Part shown: positions 62,426 through 64,000 of the stretch, one piece after another | Numbering within the stretch: position 1 is the stretch's first letter | How the letters are laid out: every line of letters begins with the position of its first letter | Source: Bacillota bacterium | GTDB taxonomy: Bacteria; Bacillota; UBA994; UBA5500 | DNA: 64,000 bases | Assembly (NCBI GenBank): GCA_012735505.1 | Contig: JAAYHE010000029.1 | Location: 1,988-65,987, forward strand | Direction of reading: 5' to 3' | Notes under the pieces: model-generated | Told to the model about the DNA's origin: nothing | Databases searched by the model: none | Seen by the model: only the letters and a program-made list of their open reading frames with translations | Made by a program: the position numbers and the translations under genes

Positions 62426-63130
62426 ATGCAACGAGCTCTCTTAGAGAAGTTTCGTCGCCGATTGGAAGCCGAAAGGGAAAAAACCAAGGCTACTTTGGCC
62501 GATATCACTAGCGAGCTAAATCAATCACTATCTGCGTCAATCAGTGAATTCTCAACCTATGATAATCATCCTGCCGACGTCGCCTCTGAAACTTATGAGC
62601 GCGGTAAAGACCTTGCCTTGCGAGGCCAACAAGATTATATCTTGAGCCAGATCGATGCTGCCCTTGAGCGTATAGACGAGGGTAGCTTTGGCTGGTGTAT
62701 AGATTGCGGGGCTCCCATATCCGCAGGTAGGCTGGAGGCTATACCATATGCAGCCCGTTGTCTCAGCTGTCAAGGAGCCTTGCCCGCTCGCGAACACGAG
62801 CGCCCCCTAGAGGAGCCTTTAGTCAACGAACTTTATCGTAACAGTTTTACCGACCATGCAGCCAATGAAAATGTCGGTTTCGACGGTGAAGATAGCTGGC
62901 AGGCTGTCGCCCGTTACGGCACGTCTAACACGCCTGGGGATTTTCGCCAGGTAGAAGATTATAACGATGTCTATATTGATCACAACGAACCAATCGGTAT
63001 TGTTTGGGAAGAAGAGGCTTTACCAGCTTCTTACGATCGTAGTCATGACCAATTCGTCAAGCGAGGTCGCCGCATAGGCTTAGAAAAAGCACCTCTGAGG
63101 GTTCGTAAGAAGCCCAAAAGAAGCAATTAA
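62426..63130 (+). CDS. DksA/TraR-family C4-type zinc-finger protein (YteA-like)
   Basis: Coiled-coil N-terminus plus CIDCGAPIS...CLSCQ zinc finger. Long C-terminal extension. Confidence 0.6.
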   Translation: MQRALLEKFRRRLEAEREKTKATLADITSELNQSLSASISEFSTYDNHPADVASETYERGKDLALRGQQDYILSQIDAALERIDEGSFGWCIDCGAPISAGRLEAIPYAARCLSCQGALPAREHERPLEEPLVNELYRNSFTDHAANENVGFDGEDSWQAVARYGTSNTPGDFRQVEDYNDVYIDHNEPIGIVWEEEALPASYDRSHDQFVKRGRRIGLEKAPLRVRKKPKRSN

Positions 63131-63199
63131 CAACGAGTCGGGCGCAGCACAATCAGCGTGCGTGCCCGACTTCACTAATAAGGAGCTATAGAGCAATAG

Positions 63200-63658
63200 A
63201 TGGTATACATTGTTTTGTCTGTAACTGTTTGGCTGCTGGATCGCTTCACCAAGATCTGGGTCGCCAAGACCTTACCCTTGTGGTCCAGTCGCCCTTTACT
63301 GGGAAAGTGGTTGTCATTAACCCACGCCCGCAATACCGGGGCGGCCTTTGGGCTCTTGAGCGGTCAGGCTGTTACCCTCGGTATCTTTGGCCTTGCTTGT
63401 TTGGCAGCGCTACTGTTCTGGCGAGAAAGCATCTACCAGCTTAGCTGCTGGGGCAAACTAGCGTTAGCCTTGACCGTTGGTGGAGCTGCCGGCAACTTGT
63501 TTGATCGTTTAGTCTATGGTTATGTAATCGACTTTCTTGACTTAGGCTGGTGGCCCATTTTCAATGTAGCTGATTGCGCCCTCGTAGTAGGTACTGGTAT
63601 GCTCATTTGGGTTCTTTGGCGCAGCGAATTAGGGGGTGGGCACCGTGCAGGAGTATGA
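63200..63658 (+). CDS. lspA: lipoprotein signal peptidase II LspA
   Basis: 152 aa and 4 TM, with the conserved NTGAAFG and FNVAD motifs. Confidence 0.8.
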   Translation: MVYIVLSVTVWLLDRFTKIWVAKTLPLWSSRPLLGKWLSLTHARNTGAAFGLLSGQAVTLGIFGLACLAALLFWRESIYQLSCWGKLALALTVGGAAGNLFDRLVYGYVIDFLDLGWWPIFNVADCALVVGTGMLIWVLWRSELGGGHRAGV

Positions 63659-64000
63659 GTTTATCGTTGGTCCTGCCGATGTAGGCCAACGTCTAGATGC
63701 TTGGTTGGCACAGCAGAATTTAGATATTTCCCGTTCCCAGATTCAGCGCTTGATCAGTGAAGGATATATCAGGGTTGATGGGTGTTTGCGCAAGAATAAT
63801 TATCGCTTACGGGCGGGGGAACAGGTGTTTGTTTCCATGCCCCAACCGCGGCCTTTAGAAGTTGTGCCCGAGAATATTCCGCTGTGCATAATTTATGAAG
63901 ATGCCCATCTGGTTATAGTTGATAAACCGCAAGGCATGGTTACTCACCCGGCGCCAGGCAATATTACTGGTACTTTGGTTAATGCCTTGCTTTACCAGGT
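63645..64000 (+). CDS. rluD: RluA-family 23S rRNA pseudouridine synthase (RluD-like), N-terminal part (continues beyond the window)
   Basis: GTG at 63645 overlaps the lspA stop. It has an S4-like domain followed by the pseudouridine synthase motif HLVIVDKPQGMVTHP. Confidence 0.6.
   Translation, partial: MQEYEFIVGPADVGQRLDAWLAQQNLDISRSQIQRLISEGYIRVDGCLRKNNYRLRAGEQVFVSMPQPRPLEVVPENIPLCIIYEDAHLVIVDKPQGMVTHPAPGNITGTLVNALLYQ

Noticed and set aside
1-64000. Mobile elements, CRISPR arrays, rRNA/tRNA genes
   Set aside because: I saw no transposase, integrase or recombinase-like ORFs, no direct-repeat arrays with spacers, and no tRNA T-loop or rRNA signatures anywhere in the window.

Overview
This is a 64-kb chromosomal segment from an endospore-forming, anaerobic Firmicute of the Clostridia type, about 50-52% GC and densely packed with genes. 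I found no rRNA or tRNA genes, no CRISPR array and no transposase or integrase. Gene content, in order: the 5' end of a dinG-like helicase (minus strand), a menA-like prenyltransferase, a three-gene CoA-substrate-specific enzyme activase group (two DUF2229 genes plus an activase), bioY and a convergent birA, a DUF2225 gene, rubrerythrin, a cobalamin riboswitch in front of a two-gene ABC importer (FecCD-type permease and ATPase), a gerA-type germinant receptor operon, a CDF cation exporter, an orphan solute-binding protein, an L,D-transpeptidase, the class III ribonucleotide reductase pair nrdD/nrdG transcribed divergently with tandem NrdR boxes between them, a PspC-domain mini-protein, a polysaccharide deacetylase, an intact MFS transporter next to a three-fragment MFS pseudogene, lgt and queT. 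A spore-coat locus follows: cotE, then five tandem YheC/YheD-family ATP-grasp paralogs, one of which is fused to a COOH-NH2 ligase-like (glutamine-synthetase-fold) domain, then a GNAT gene, a CotS-like protein with a long acidic tail, and an alpha/beta-type SASP gene. After a standalone 25-residue hydrophobic peptide module comes a complete dcw cluster (mraZ, rsmH, ftsL, a SpoVD/FtsI-type PBP, murE, murF, mraY, ftsW/spoVE, murG, murA, ftsQ, DUF881, sbp, ftsA, ftsZ). The window ends with spoIIGA-sigE-sigG-spoIIR-ymxH, then nrdR followed by a second divergent NrdD-like glycyl-radical paralog, an HlyD-like gene, yggS/ylmE, sepF, yggT, divIVA, a small membrane protein, a DksA/TraR zinc-finger protein, lspA and the start of rluD. 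The most interesting candidate system is the cotE-linked amidoligase array. Its ATP-grasp enzymes carry N-terminal AbrB/MraZ-like swapped-hairpin modules and it includes the GS-like ligase fusion and the GNAT gene. It sits next to coat proteins with poly-acidic C-terminal tails, which I interpret by analogy with RimK/TTLL peptide tagging.
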